64,000 nucleotides of DNA, taken from the NCBI GenBank assembly GCA_040386535.1, contig JAZKFH010000017.1, positions 73,113-137,112 of the forward strand. The letters are read 5' to 3'. A program made the position numbers and the translations under genes. This DNA is from Myxococcota bacterium (GTDB taxonomy: Bacteria; Myxococcota_A; UBA796; SXON01). The notes beneath the pieces were generated by a model. That model was given only the letters and a program-made list of their open reading frames with translations. It was not told the DNA's origin and made no database searches. Positions 18,957 to 31,023 of this stretch are shown piece after piece (the first letter of the stretch is position 1; each line of letters begins with the position of its first letter).

Positions 18957-19747
18957 GCGGCCGCCGCCACGGGCTTGGCGCTCTTGTCGGCGGAGGCGTC
19001 CGCCTTGGCGTGGTGGTAGGGCGCAAGGCGCTCGCCGATCTGGCGTGCGTTCGAGCCGGTCACGATGGCGGCGAGGCCGGTGAGGACCATGGCGCGGTCC
19101 TCGGCCTCGGCCTGGACGATCTTCTTGAGGCGGGTGCCGAGGGGCAGGAAGAGCAGGTTTGCGAAGCCGACGCCGTAGATGGTGGCGACGAAGGCCACGG
19201 CGATGCCGGTGCCGAGCTTGCTCGGGTCGGTGAGGTTCTGCATGACGTGGATGAGGCCGAGCACGGCGCCGATGATGCCGATGGTCGGCGCGAAGCCGCC
19301 GGCGGTCTCGAGCAGCTTGGCGGCGGCGCAGGCGTGGTGCTCTTCCAAATCGGCCTCGAGCTCGAGCATGAGCTGGACGTCCTGGCCGGGGGTGCCGTCC
19401 ACGAGCATCTGGAGGCCGCGGCGCAACGTGGCGTCGTGCACCTCGCTGAGCTGGCCCTCGACCGCGAGCATGCCCTCCCTGCGTACGACACTCGCGACGC
19501 GGAGCAGGTCCTCGGTGGTGCGCGCGCGGTCGGCCAGGCCCGGGAACACGATGCGCTTCATCAGGCGCGCGAGGGTCTTGACCTCGGTGGGGGTCGCGGC
19601 GAGCCAGGTGGCGCCGACGGTGCCGCCGAACACGATGAGCGCGGCGGTGGGCTGGACGAGGGAGGACAGATGCCCGCCCTCCAGCGAGTTGCCGCCGAGG
19701 ATGCACACCAGCGAAAGGACGATGGCGAAGACGCCGGTGAGATCCAT
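18953..19747 (-). CDS. motA: flagellar stator protein MotA
   Basis: AALIVFGGT, RREGMLAVE, GGFAPTIGIIGAVLGLI, AFVATIYGV. Confidence 0.95.
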   Translation of the reverse strand: MDLTGVFAIVLSLVCILGGNSLEGGHLSSLVQPTAALIVFGGTVGATWLAATPTEVKTLARLMKRIVFPGLADRARTTEDLLRVASVVRREGMLAVEGQLSEVHDATLRRGLQMLVDGTPGQDVQLMLELEADLEEHHACAAAKLLETAGGFAPTIGIIGAVLGLIHVMQNLTDPSKLGTGIAVAFVATIYGVGFANLLFLPLGTRLKKIVQAEAEDRAMVLTGLAAIVTGSNARQIGERLAPYHHAKADASADKSAKPVAAAA

Positions 19748-19813
19748 GGGAGGCTCCTGCGCAACGAGACGCTGGGTCGAAGACGTGCCGAGAAACTTGC
19801 TAAATCAACACGT

Positions 19814-20494
19814 TCAGAACGGCCACACCATGTCGGCCACGCGCGTGCCCCAACCGGGCCCCTGCTTGTCCGCGAGCACGCCCGCGCCGGTGAACTCGAT
19901 GCGCGCCTCGGCGATGAGGTCGGACTGGATGGTGTTGTCGACGAGGATGTCACGCGGGCGCACGATGCCTTCGAGCGTGAGGTACTGCGTCTCGCGGTTG
20001 ACACGCACCTGCTTGGTGCCACGGATGCGCAGGTTGCCGTTCGACATCACCTCCATCACCTGGCAGGTGACGGTGGCGGCGAGCGTTCCCTGCCGCGACG
20101 TGCTGCCTGAGCCGGTCATGGAGGACTCGGAGGAGCCGCCGATCTCGATCTTGCCGCCCATGTTGGGGTTGGCGGCGGTGATGCTCGTCTCCAGCCCGAG
20201 CAGCGCGGAGATGCCGCTGGTGGAGCTCGAATTGCGCCCGGTGTTGGTGTCGGCGCCGAGCGTCGTGGAGGAGTTGTCCTGCACGTTGACCGTGATGAGG
20301 TCGCCGATGCGGCGGGCGTTGCCGTCCATGCCGACCAGGGCGCGGGCCTCGGTCTCGCTCCACAACGAGCCGGGCGGGCTGGTCACGTGCCGCGGGGAGA
20401 CCGCGTTGACGGCGGGGGGCGCGACGGAGGAGACCGCGTCGAGGTGGGCGCAGGCCAGGAGCGGAAGAAACAGCACGAGCAGAGGACGGCGCAT
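19814..20494 (-). CDS. flgH: flagellar L-ring lipoprotein FlgH
   Basis: LLAC lipobox, GSLW, ARRIGDLITVNV, NGNLRIRGTKQV, GIVRPRDI, WPF. Confidence 0.96.
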   Translation of the reverse strand: MRRPLLVLFLPLLACAHLDAVSSVAPPAVNAVSPRHVTSPPGSLWSETEARALVGMDGNARRIGDLITVNVQDNSSTTLGADTNTGRNSSSTSGISALLGLETSITAANPNMGGKIEIGGSSESSMTGSGSTSRQGTLAATVTCQVMEVMSNGNLRIRGTKQVRVNRETQYLTLEGIVRPRDILVDNTIQSDLIAEARIEFTGAGVLADKQGPGWGTRVADMVWPF

Positions 20495-21156
20495 CACTCC
20501 CCCACGACCACGGTCCCGTCGGACCGGAAGGTGCCCTGGAGCACGGTGCGCGTGGCGAGGTTGAGCACGCCCACACGCTTGTCGACCCAGCCGTCCTGGA
20601 GGAGCTGGCCGTTCGCGGTGACGACGAGCCCGGTGTCCGAGCCCGCCACGAGCAGCACGTCGGCGCCGCGCGGGGCGTCGGGCCAGGGCGCGGCGCGAGA
20701 GGTCGTGAGGGGCTCGCCGGCGGCAAGGGGGACCCGTGCGCGGAAGGCGCCCGCGCCCTCGACGGGGATCTCGCCGCGGAGGCGATGGCCGGACACGCGC
20801 TCCATCGTGGTCTCCACGCGCTCACCGGCCTCGACGCTCCACGCGGCCACCGGCACGGTGCGCCACACCTGGATGACGGCGCGGGTGAGGTGCCGGGTCG
20901 GGGCGCCGCCGCCGGCCGCATCGCAGTACAGCACCACTTGAACGATGCCCTCGACCGAGCCGACCTGGGGCAGCTGCACGCTGCACGTGGCGTCGGGGGT
21001 GAGGCCCGCGAGCGCGCCGAGGCCCTGGACCTCGACATCCTCGGGGGCCACTTCGAGGTGGGCGGCGACGGTGTCGCGCACGGCGTCCTCGGCGATGCCG
21101 GCGGAGGCGCTGGGAACCACAGTGGCAACCAACGTGGCGAGAAGAAGTGACAACAT
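20494..21156 (-). CDS. flgA: P-ring assembly chaperone FlgA
   Basis: Signal peptide, SAF-like region and C-terminal GQLLQDGWVDKRVGVLNLAT; lies between flgG and flgH. Confidence 0.8.
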   Translation of the reverse strand: MLSLLLATLVATVVPSASAGIAEDAVRDTVAAHLEVAPEDVEVQGLGALAGLTPDATCSVQLPQVGSVEGIVQVVLYCDAAGGGAPTRHLTRAVIQVWRTVPVAAWSVEAGERVETTMERVSGHRLRGEIPVEGAGAFRARVPLAAGEPLTTSRAAPWPDAPRGADVLLVAGSDTGLVVTANGQLLQDGWVDKRVGVLNLATRTVLQGTFRSDGTVVVGE

Positions 21157-21158
21157 GG

Positions 21159-21926
21159 CTACCTCCGCAGCCCGGCGGCGGTCTGGAGCATCTCGTCGGC
21201 GGCCTGGATGACCTTGGACGAGAGCTCGTACCCGCGCTGGGCGGTGATCATGGCGATGAGCTCCTCGGCCACGTCGACGTTGGAGCCCTCCGTGGCGTAT
21301 TGGAGCACCGAGCCGGCGCCGTCCTCCTGCGGGGTGGTGAGGGTCACGTCGCCCGCGTTGGTCGTGCCACGGAAAAGGTTGCCACCGGCGGCTTCGAGAG
21401 CCTCGGGGTTGGGAAACGTCGCGAGCTCGAGGGTGCCGAGCGAGATCGTCTCGACGCCCGAGGACGTCGGCACCTGCGCGCCGAGCGAGCCGTCCGCGCT
21501 CACGGTGAGGGTGCCGCCGGGCGGGATCTGCACACCGGGGGACACGCGGTAGCCGCCCTGGGTGGTGAGGTTGCCCTCGGCGTCGGTGCGGAAGTTGCCG
21601 TCGCGCGTGTAGAACGTCTCTCCCGACGGGCTCTCCACCACGAAGAAGCCGGGGCCGTCGATGAGCATCGCCGTGGGCGAGGAGCTCATCAACGTGTCGC
21701 CGTTGCGGAAGTCGCGGGACAGGCCGGAGAGGCGCGTACCGCTGCCGAGCTGCATGGCGTCGCCGCCGGCACCGCGCCCGCCGACGGACTGGTACACGAG
21801 ATCCTCGAAGTTCTCGCGCACCTTCTTGAAGCCGGTCGTGCTGTTGTTCGCGATGTTGTTCGCGATGTTCTCGACCTTGATCTGGTTGGCCGACATCCCG
21901 GTGGCCGCCGTGTACAGTGCGCGCAT
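21159..21926 (-). CDS. flgG: distal rod protein FlgG
   Basis: MRALYTAATGM, ANNIANNSTTGFKK, YTRDGNF, EGSNVDVAEELIAMI. Confidence 0.96.
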   Translation of the reverse strand: MRALYTAATGMSANQIKVENIANNIANNSTTGFKKVRENFEDLVYQSVGGRGAGGDAMQLGSGTRLSGLSRDFRNGDTLMSSSPTAMLIDGPGFFVVESPSGETFYTRDGNFRTDAEGNLTTQGGYRVSPGVQIPPGGTLTVSADGSLGAQVPTSSGVETISLGTLELATFPNPEALEAAGGNLFRGTTNAGDVTLTTPQEDGAGSVLQYATEGSNVDVAEELIAMITAQRGYELSSKVIQAADEMLQTAAGLRR

Positions 21927-21928
21927 GG

Positions 21929-22588
21929 CTACTCCTGCATCCGATTGAGGCGGCCGCGCGCCTCGTCGCTGGTCTGCATGACCTTCTGTTGGGCCTCGAA
22001 CGCACGCGAGGCCTCGATGAGCTCGACCATGCACCGCATGGGGTCGACGTTGGCGCCCTCGCGCGCGCCCTGCACCACGGTGATGTCGCCGGTCGCGCCG
22101 GAGGCGACGCCGGACCACCGGTTCCCCCCGAGCGGCGAGCCGCCGTCGAGCGTCACGAGCCGCAGCCGGCCGAGCTCGCCGGAGGCGGAGCCGCTCACGG
22201 TGCCGTCGGCCTCGACGATCAGCCGCTCGCCGGGCGCGAGGGTGACGGGGCCGCGGTCGGTCAGGACCGGGGTGCCACCCCCGGAGACGAGGCGGTTGTC
22301 GGCGTCGAGGCGGAAGCCGCCGTCGCGGGTGAACGTGCCGTCGGCCAGCGCGAACATCGCGTTGCCGCGCAGCGCGAGGTGGGTCGAGACGCCGTCCTGC
22401 ATCAGGGCGCCGTCGCGCGTGTCGTACATGCCGGTGCCGGCGCGCACGACGTTCTCTTCGGACTCGAAGTTGACGCGCTGCTCGCGGTACCCTTGCGTGT
22501 TCGCGTTCGCGACGTTCGCCGACACGACCTCGAGGTTGCGCCACGCCGCCTTCGCGCCCGCGTACGCCGCGTAGATGTCGCGGCTCAT
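21929..22588 (-). CDS. flgF: proximal rod protein FlgF
   Basis: SANVANANTQGY, FTRDGGF, QGAREGANVDPMRCMVELI; precedes flgG. Confidence 0.88.
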   Translation of the reverse strand: MSRDIYAAYAGAKAAWRNLEVVSANVANANTQGYREQRVNFESEENVVRAGTGMYDTRDGALMQDGVSTHLALRGNAMFALADGTFTRDGGFRLDADNRLVSGGGTPVLTDRGPVTLAPGERLIVEADGTVSGSASGELGRLRLVTLDGGSPLGGNRWSGVASGATGDITVVQGAREGANVDPMRCMVELIEASRAFEAQQKVMQTSDEARGRLNRMQE

Positions 22589-23385
22589 GCCGCACCTTCG
22601 CGCAGATCGTCCAGATCGATCTCGCGCGCCAGCGTCTTCTTGAGGCGCTCGCGGGCGGCGGTGAGGAGCTGGCTCACGCGGGAGGGCGTGACCTCGAGGA
22701 TGGCGCCGATCTCGGCGAGCGAGCAATCACGGGCGTAGTAGAGGAGGACGACCTGGCGGTCGCGCTCGGGGAGGCGCGTGATGGCCTCGCGGAGGGCGCG
22801 GCGCAGATCGAGGTCGAGCATCCGCGCGGGCGCTTCGGCGGGCTGGAGGAAGGCGTCGTCGCCCTCGCCATCGGAGTCGTCGTCGTCGCCTTCGTCGGAG
22901 GTGTCGAGCGACACCAGCACGAGCGGACCGGCGAACCCGCGGGCCTCCCAATAGGCGTCCAGATCCACGCCCATCGCCGCGGCGATCTCCCCGTGGGTGG
23001 GCTCACGGAGCGCGCCGACCTCGTCGAGGGCCGCCTTGGCCTTCTTCGTCGCGACGGCGAGCTCCCGCGCGACCCGACGATCGCGCCGGGTGGAGCCGCA
23101 TGCGCCCCGCACCGCGTCGAGCATGCGCCCGAGGATGTGGCGGGAAGCGTAGGTCGCGAAGTCGGAGCCGCGGCTCTCGTCGAAGTTCTCGAACGCTTCG
23201 AGCAGCCCCATCACACCGTAGCCGACGAGGTCCTCGGGAGAGAAGGTGCACGCGGGGCCGATCTGCTCGCAGGTGCGCCGCGCGAGGTGCACCACCTTGC
23301 GCTCGTAGCGCACGCACATCTGCTCGGAAGTCATCCCCTCGACGCGGCGGGGTCCGGCGGCGTGCTGATAGGCACGGAGGTTCAC
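22585..23385 (-). CDS. fliA: flagellar sigma factor FliA (sigma28)
   Basis: EDLVGYGVMGLLEAFENFD, FATYA, LPERDRQVVLLYY, LAEIGAILEVTPSRVSQL. Confidence 0.92.
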   Translation of the reverse strand: MNLRAYQHAAGPRRVEGMTSEQMCVRYERKVVHLARRTCEQIGPACTFSPEDLVGYGVMGLLEAFENFDESRGSDFATYASRHILGRMLDAVRGACGSTRRDRRVARELAVATKKAKAALDEVGALREPTHGEIAAAMGVDLDAYWEARGFAGPLVLVSLDTSDEGDDDDSDGEGDDAFLQPAEAPARMLDLDLRRALREAITRLPERDRQVVLLYYARDCSLAEIGAILEVTPSRVSQLLTAARERLKKTLAREIDLDDLREGAA

Positions 23386-23410
23386 GAAGGGCTCCGGTCG
23401 AGGAGAGAGG

Positions 23411-23438
23411 AGATCGGCTTGAGTTGGGAGGCTGCTGA
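23411..23438 (-). promoter_or_regulatory. possible internal sigma28 promoter upstream of fliA
   Basis: TCAG-N16-GCCGATCT; spacing is one base longer than canonical. Confidence 0.35.
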
Positions 23439-23446
23439 CTGATCGG

Positions 23447-25540
23447 TCACGAGGCCGCGCTCTTCAGTGCTTTTTTCTCTCCCAACGAGAGCTCCGCTTC
23501 ACGCGCCAACGACGTGCCGGGCACGATCTCGCCGGGCGAGAGCACGGGCACGCGCGGGATCGCTTTCTCCAGCAGGCGACGCAGCGGGCCGCGGGCGAGC
23601 GGAGGCACGAGCAGCACGAGCTCGCCGCTGCCGTTCCACTGCTCCGCGTGTGTTCGCATCCCGACGATGAGCTTGCGCGTGGTGTCGGGCTCGAGCACGA
23701 GCGTCATCACGCCGCCGTCGCCACCCTGGAGGCCGCGCAGGACGGCGTCCTCGGCGTCGGCGCCCAGGCCTACGTAGTGCAGGGCGCCGTCGTCACCCAG
23801 AAAGCGCGCGGTCACGGCGCGGGCCATGCGTTGGCGCACGAACTCGGTGAGCACGTCGGCGTCGCGGGTGCGCGGGGCGTACTCGGCGAGCGCTTCGAGG
23901 ATCGCCTGCGCGTCGCGCACGCCGACCCCCTCCTGGATGAGGTTGCGGAACACGCGGAGCACGCTGGCGCGCGGGAGCGGGTCGGGCACGAGCTCCTCGA
24001 CCAGCCGCGGGTTGTCGGCGCCGACGCGCTCGAGCGCCTCGGCCAGCTGCTTGCGCCCGAAGATCTCGTGGGCGTGGCGCCGCAGCAGATCGTCGAGGTG
24101 CGTCGTGAGCACCGTCGGCACGTCGACCACGGTGTAGCCCTGCGCCTGGGCGCGGAGGCGCTGGTTGTCGCCGATCCACCAGCCCTTGAGCCCGTACACC
24201 GGATCGGTGCCCGGCGTGCCCTGGAGCGGGGTGGTGGCCGTGCCCGGATCGAGCGCGAGCACCTGGCGCGCGACCACCTTGCCGGTGCCGATGGCGTCGC
24301 CACGCAGGAGCACGCGGTACTGCCCGGCGCCGAGGCGCACGTTGTCGCGCAGGTGCACGGCGGGGAGGAGCACGCCGAGGTCGGTCACGATCTGGCGGCG
24401 GATGCGCTGGATGCGCTCCACCAGCACGCCGCCGCGCTTCTCGTCGACGAGGAAGACCAGATCGAGGCCGACCTCGACCACGAGCGGCTCGACGCGCAGC
24501 AGATCCTCGGGGCGGGACTCGACCGGGCCCGCGGGCACCTCGGTCCCGTCGGCCGCGCGCGCCTTCGGCACGGGCGACTTGTACATCGTGTAGGCGAGCG
24601 CCCCGAGGATGATCGAGATGATCGAGAACGGGATGCGCAGGCCGGGGATGAAGATGAACCCGCACGAGAGGCCGGCGAGCACCGCGAGCACGCGCGGGTT
24701 GCCCAGCATCTGGGCGCCGAACTGATCTTCGAGCGGCTTGTCCTCGAGGTCGGACACGCGGGTCACGAGCAGGCCGGCCGCCGCCGACACGATGAGCGCG
24801 GGCACCTGGCTGGCGAGGCCGTCGCCGATGGTCAGCAGCGTGTAGTTGGTCGCCGCCGTCGCGAGATCGAGGCCCTCCATCAACACGCCGATGATGATGC
24901 CGGCGAAGATGTTGATGACCATGATGATGATCGCGGCGACCGCGTCACCCTTGATGAACTTGCTGGCGCCGTCCATCGCGCCGTAGAAGTCGGCCTCCTG
25001 GGCCACGGCCGCGCGGCGGCGGCGGGCCTCCTTCTCGTCGATGAGCCCGGAGTTGAGCTCGCCGTCGATGGCCATCTGCTTGCCGGGCAACGCGTCGAGC
25101 GTGAACCGGGCGGCCACCTCGGCCACACGCCCGGCGCCCTTCGTGATGACCATGAAGTTGATGACGAGGAGGATGCAGAAGAGGATGAAGCCGACGACGT
25201 AGTTGCCGCCGACCACGAAGTTGCCGAACGCCTCGATGACGTGCCCGGCCGCGTCGGTGCCCTCGTCGCCATGGAGCAGGATGAGGCGCGTGCTCGCGAC
25301 GTTGAGCGAGAGCCGGAAAATCGTCGTGATCAGGAGGATGATCGGGAACGCCGAGAACTCGACCGGGCGCCGCACGTAGAGGGACACCAGGAACACGAGC
25401 AGCGACACGGTGATCGACAGCGCCAGGAACACGTCGACCAGGATGGGCGGGAGCGGCACCATCAGGATGGCGATGATCCCGAACACGCCCACGGCCAGGC
25501 CCACGTCGCCGTTCTTGCGGATGCCGTTCAGGAGCCACAT
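23447..25540 (-). CDS. flhA: flagellar export gate protein FlhA
   Basis: RLSLNVASTRLIL, ITKGAGRVAEVAARFTLDALPGKQMAID, FYGAMDGASKF. Confidence 0.97.
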   Translation of the reverse strand: MWLLNGIRKNGDVGLAVGVFGIIAILMVPLPPILVDVFLALSITVSLLVFLVSLYVRRPVEFSAFPIILLITTIFRLSLNVASTRLILLHGDEGTDAAGHVIEAFGNFVVGGNYVVGFILFCILLVINFMVITKGAGRVAEVAARFTLDALPGKQMAIDGELNSGLIDEKEARRRRAAVAQEADFYGAMDGASKFIKGDAVAAIIIMVINIFAGIIIGVLMEGLDLATAATNYTLLTIGDGLASQVPALIVSAAAGLLVTRVSDLEDKPLEDQFGAQMLGNPRVLAVLAGLSCGFIFIPGLRIPFSIISIILGALAYTMYKSPVPKARAADGTEVPAGPVESRPEDLLRVEPLVVEVGLDLVFLVDEKRGGVLVERIQRIRRQIVTDLGVLLPAVHLRDNVRLGAGQYRVLLRGDAIGTGKVVARQVLALDPGTATTPLQGTPGTDPVYGLKGWWIGDNQRLRAQAQGYTVVDVPTVLTTHLDDLLRRHAHEIFGRKQLAEALERVGADNPRLVEELVPDPLPRASVLRVFRNLIQEGVGVRDAQAILEALAEYAPRTRDADVLTEFVRQRMARAVTARFLGDDGALHYVGLGADAEDAVLRGLQGGDGGVMTLVLEPDTTRKLIVGMRTHAEQWNGSGELVLLVPPLARGPLRRLLEKAIPRVPVLSPGEIVPGTSLAREAELSLGEKKALKSAAS

Positions 25541-25548
25541 GCGCGAGC

Positions 25549-25575
25549 TGTTCGGTCGCCGTCGCTGAAACTTGA
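25549..25575 (-). promoter_or_regulatory. sigma28-type promoter of the flhA operon, likely leaderless
   Basis: TCAAG-N14-ACCGAACA ending 8 nt before the flhA ATG; shares GGCGACCGAA with the fliC promoter. Confidence 0.62.
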
Positions 25576-25637
25576 GGCGGATTGCGACCGATGTCGATTC
25601 GCGCCCAAATCAGTGAAGCCCCGGGCGGCCCCGACCG

Positions 25638-26615
25638 ATGAGGAGAGACCTCTCTCTCCGGGTAGCCCCCTTGCGCATCCTCCTCGCCGAAGACGACACC
25701 ACCACCCGGCTCAAGATCCGCTCCCTGCTGGTGAAGTGGGGCTACGACGTCATCTCCGCCACCAACGGAACGGAGGCGTGGTCCGTATTGGAGGGGGACA
25801 ATCCCCCCACGCTCGCCCTGCTCGATTGGAAGATGCCCGGCCTGGACGGCGTCGAGATCTGCCAACGCCTGCGGAGCCCGACCCGGCATGGCCCGTACGT
25901 GTACGTGCTGCTCCTGACCGGGAACGACAACAAGCGGGACGTGGTGACCGGGCTCGACGCCGGCGCGGACGACTACCTCACCAAGCCGTTCGAGCCGCAG
26001 GAGCTGCAGATGCGCTTGCGGACGGGCGGACGGATCGTCGCGCGGGAGGAGACGCTGCGGCAGCTCGCCACGCGCGATCCGTTGACCCAGGCGCTCAACC
26101 GCCGCGGCATCTTCGACCTGCTCGACCGCGAGCGCCTCCGCGCGGAGCGCACCAACGCCGAGGTCACCGTCATGCTGGCCGACATCGACTACTTCAAGCG
26201 CGTCAACGACGTGTTCGGGCACGCCGTGGGCGACGCGGTCCTGGTCGAAGTCGCCCACCGCCTCACCGACGCGGTGCGCCCCTACGACGGCGTGGGCCGC
26301 TATGGCGGCGAGGAGTTCCTGCTCGTCCTCACCGGCCCGCCCTCGGCGTTCTCCCCGGCGCTGCTCGCGGAGCGGGTCCGCGCCGCGGTCTCGCGGACGC
26401 CCATCACCGTCGGCCCCCACGCGATCACCGTGACCGTGAGCATCGGCGTGGCGCGCGGGGAGCCCGGCCAGTCGGCCGATACGCTCGTGAACGCGGCGGA
26501 CACCGCGCTGTACGAGGCCAAGACGGGCGGCCGGAACCTCGTACGGCTGGCGCCGCCCACGCCGCTCACGCTGCTCCCGAGCCCCCTCCCCGCCGCCGTG
26601 GCGGTGGCCTCGTGA
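25638..26615 (+). CDS. response-regulator diguanylate cyclase (REC-GGDEF)
   Basis: RILLAEDD, LLDWKMP, DDYLTKPF; DIDYFKRVND, RPYD I-site, GGEEF. Confidence 0.93.
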   Translation: MRRDLSLRVAPLRILLAEDDTTTRLKIRSLLVKWGYDVISATNGTEAWSVLEGDNPPTLALLDWKMPGLDGVEICQRLRSPTRHGPYVYVLLLTGNDNKRDVVTGLDAGADDYLTKPFEPQELQMRLRTGGRIVAREETLRQLATRDPLTQALNRRGIFDLLDRERLRAERTNAEVTVMLADIDYFKRVNDVFGHAVGDAVLVEVAHRLTDAVRPYDGVGRYGGEEFLLVLTGPPSAFSPALLAERVRAAVSRTPITVGPHAITVTVSIGVARGEPGQSADTLVNAADTALYEAKTGGRNLVRLAPPTPLTLLPSPLPAAVAVAS

Positions 26616-27021
26616 CCGCCGGCCCGCAGCAGGAGGTTGCCTACGCCGTGGTCGAGGCGCGCACCGACACACAGCGGATGTGGGTGGACCAGTACGGGGT
26701 GCTGCATGCGTCGCCCGATCCCGGCGTGCACATCTCCGCGGCCGATGCCAGGGCCGCGGTCGACCTGGGCTGGGAGCTCAAGGAGCACCACATCTGCTCC
26801 GTGATCGTCGATCTGCGACACATCCGCTCGATGGATCGCGACGCCCGCGCGTACTACGCCGGCCCGGAGGTGACCGCGCGCACCTTCGGCGCGGCCCTGC
26901 TCGTCGGCAACCCGCTCACCCGCGCGGTGGGAAACCTCTTCCTCGGCTTGAACAAGGCCGCGCATCCCCTGCGCCTCTTCCCCGACGACTTCAGCGCCGT
27001 GGCCTGGTGTCGGACCCTGGG

Positions 27022-27025
<4 letters not shown>
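26612..27025 (+). CDS. small STAS/SpoIIAA-like protein
   Basis: The GTG start overlaps the upstream stop; VIVDLRHIRSMDRDARAYY, PLRLFPDDFSAVAW. Confidence 0.7.
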
Positions 27026-29583
<2,558 letters not shown>

Positions 29584-29613
29584 AGGTGGGGCCCCTCGGG
29601 GCCCGCGCCCGGG

Positions 29614-31023
29614 CTAGAACTGGAAGTACAGGAAGTCCACCGCGTCCATCCGCACGAACAGGTAGAAGCAGATGGCGAACCCCGCCCAGACCGTGGTCTG
29701 CGTCGGGAGGTACCACGCGCTCGTCTCGAGCCGGGGGATGACGAAACGCTCCAGGAGCAGCGCGATCACCAGCGGGGCCGCCGTGGCGGCGGTCACCGCG
29801 AGCATGACCACGGTGGCGACCCACTCGTCGGGCGTGGCCGCGAACGGGTTGAGCTGGAGGAGGCGGAAGATCCGGTCGACGCTGGTCTCGCGGAACAGCA
29901 GCCACCCGAACACGGTGAAGCCGAACATCAGCACCACCGCGCCCACGTGCCCGCCCGCCGACTTGCGCACCGCAGTGGGGATCCGCGGCGTGACGAGGCG
30001 GTAGCCCACGAGCAGGAGCGCGTGGTAGGCGCCCCAGAGCACGAAGTTCCAGCTGGCGCCGTGCCAGAGGCCGGAGATGAGCATCGCCGCGCTCGTGGCC
30101 ATCGTGGCGCGCCAGAAGCCGCCGCGGGAGCCGCCGAACGAGATGTACAGGTAGTCGCGGATCCAGGTCGAGAAGGAGATGTGCCAGCGCTTCCAGAAGT
30201 CGGACGGGCTGGTGGCCAGGTACGGGTGCCGGAAGTTCTCCATCAGCTCCCAACCGAGCATCCGCGCGGTGCCGCGGGCGATGTCGGTGTATCCCGAGAA
30301 GTCCGCCAGGATCTGGATCGTGAAGCCGAGCGTGGCCGCCCACACCATCGGCCCCGAGGGGGACTCCAGCGCGAAGATCTTGTCGACGTACGGCGCCACG
30401 GTGTCGGCGCACACCATCTTCTTGAACGCGCCCCACATCGCGAGCGCCAAACCCGAGCGCACCATGTTCCAATCGAGCGTGCGCGGGGTCTCCGCCTGCA
30501 TGAGCAGGTTGGACGCCCGCTGTACCGGCCCCGCCACGAGGTGGCAGAAGAACGACACGGCGAGCATGTACTCGAGCAGGTTCTTCCGCGGCTTGAGCTC
30601 GCCCCGGTAGATGTCGATGGAGTAGGCCATCGATTGGAAGGTGTAGAAGGAGATGCCGGCGGGGAGCAGCACGCCGAGCGGCCCGACGGAGTTGGCGACG
30701 CCGAACGTGTCGAGGAGCGCGGCCACGTTGACGAGGAAGAAGTCGCAATACTTGTAGTAGCCGAGCAGCGCGAGGTTGGCGGTGAGGCTCGCGGCGAGCA
30801 CCGCGCCCTTGTGTTTCGGGTACCTCTCGATGCCGAGCCCGCCGAAGTAGTCGACCGCCGCGGACACGTAGAGCAGGATGAGGAACCACGGGTGCACCCA
30901 CCCGTAGAACAGGGCGCTCGCGACGATGAGCAGCCCGTTCTGGAGCCGCCGGTCGCGGAGCGCCCAGTACGCGGTGAACACGATGACGAAGAAGTAGACG
31001 AATTCGATCTGGATGAAGGTCAT
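29614..31023 (-). CDS. MBOAT-family O-acyltransferase (AlgI/PatA/DltB-like)
   Basis: LPAGISFYTFQ, DFSGYTDIARG, DFWKRWHISFSTWIRDYLYI, GLWHGASWNF. Confidence 0.93.
   Translation of the reverse strand: MTFIQIEFVYFFVIVFTAYWALRDRRLQNGLLIVASALFYGWVHPWFLILLYVSAAVDYFGGLGIERYPKHKGAVLAASLTANLALLGYYKYCDFFLVNVAALLDTFGVANSVGPLGVLLPAGISFYTFQSMAYSIDIYRGELKPRKNLLEYMLAVSFFCHLVAGPVQRASNLLMQAETPRTLDWNMVRSGLALAMWGAFKKMVCADTVAPYVDKIFALESPSGPMVWAATLGFTIQILADFSGYTDIARGTARMLGWELMENFRHPYLATSPSDFWKRWHISFSTWIRDYLYISFGGSRGGFWRATMATSAAMLISGLWHGASWNFVLWGAYHALLLVGYRLVTPRIPTAVRKSAGGHVGAVVLMFGFTVFGWLLFRETSVDRIFRLLQLNPFAATPDEWVATVVMLAVTAATAAPLVIALLLERFVIPRLETSAWYLPTQTTVWAGFAICFYLFVRMDAVDFLYFQF

Noticed and set aside
19775..19800. 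Sigma28 promoter upstream of motA (GCAAG-N14-TTCGACCC)
   Set aside because: The -10 match is too weak to call.
23648..26611. 1125-aa ORF 23648..27025
   Set aside because: Mostly antisense to flhA and out of frame with the cyclase; only the last 137 codons (26612-27025) look real.
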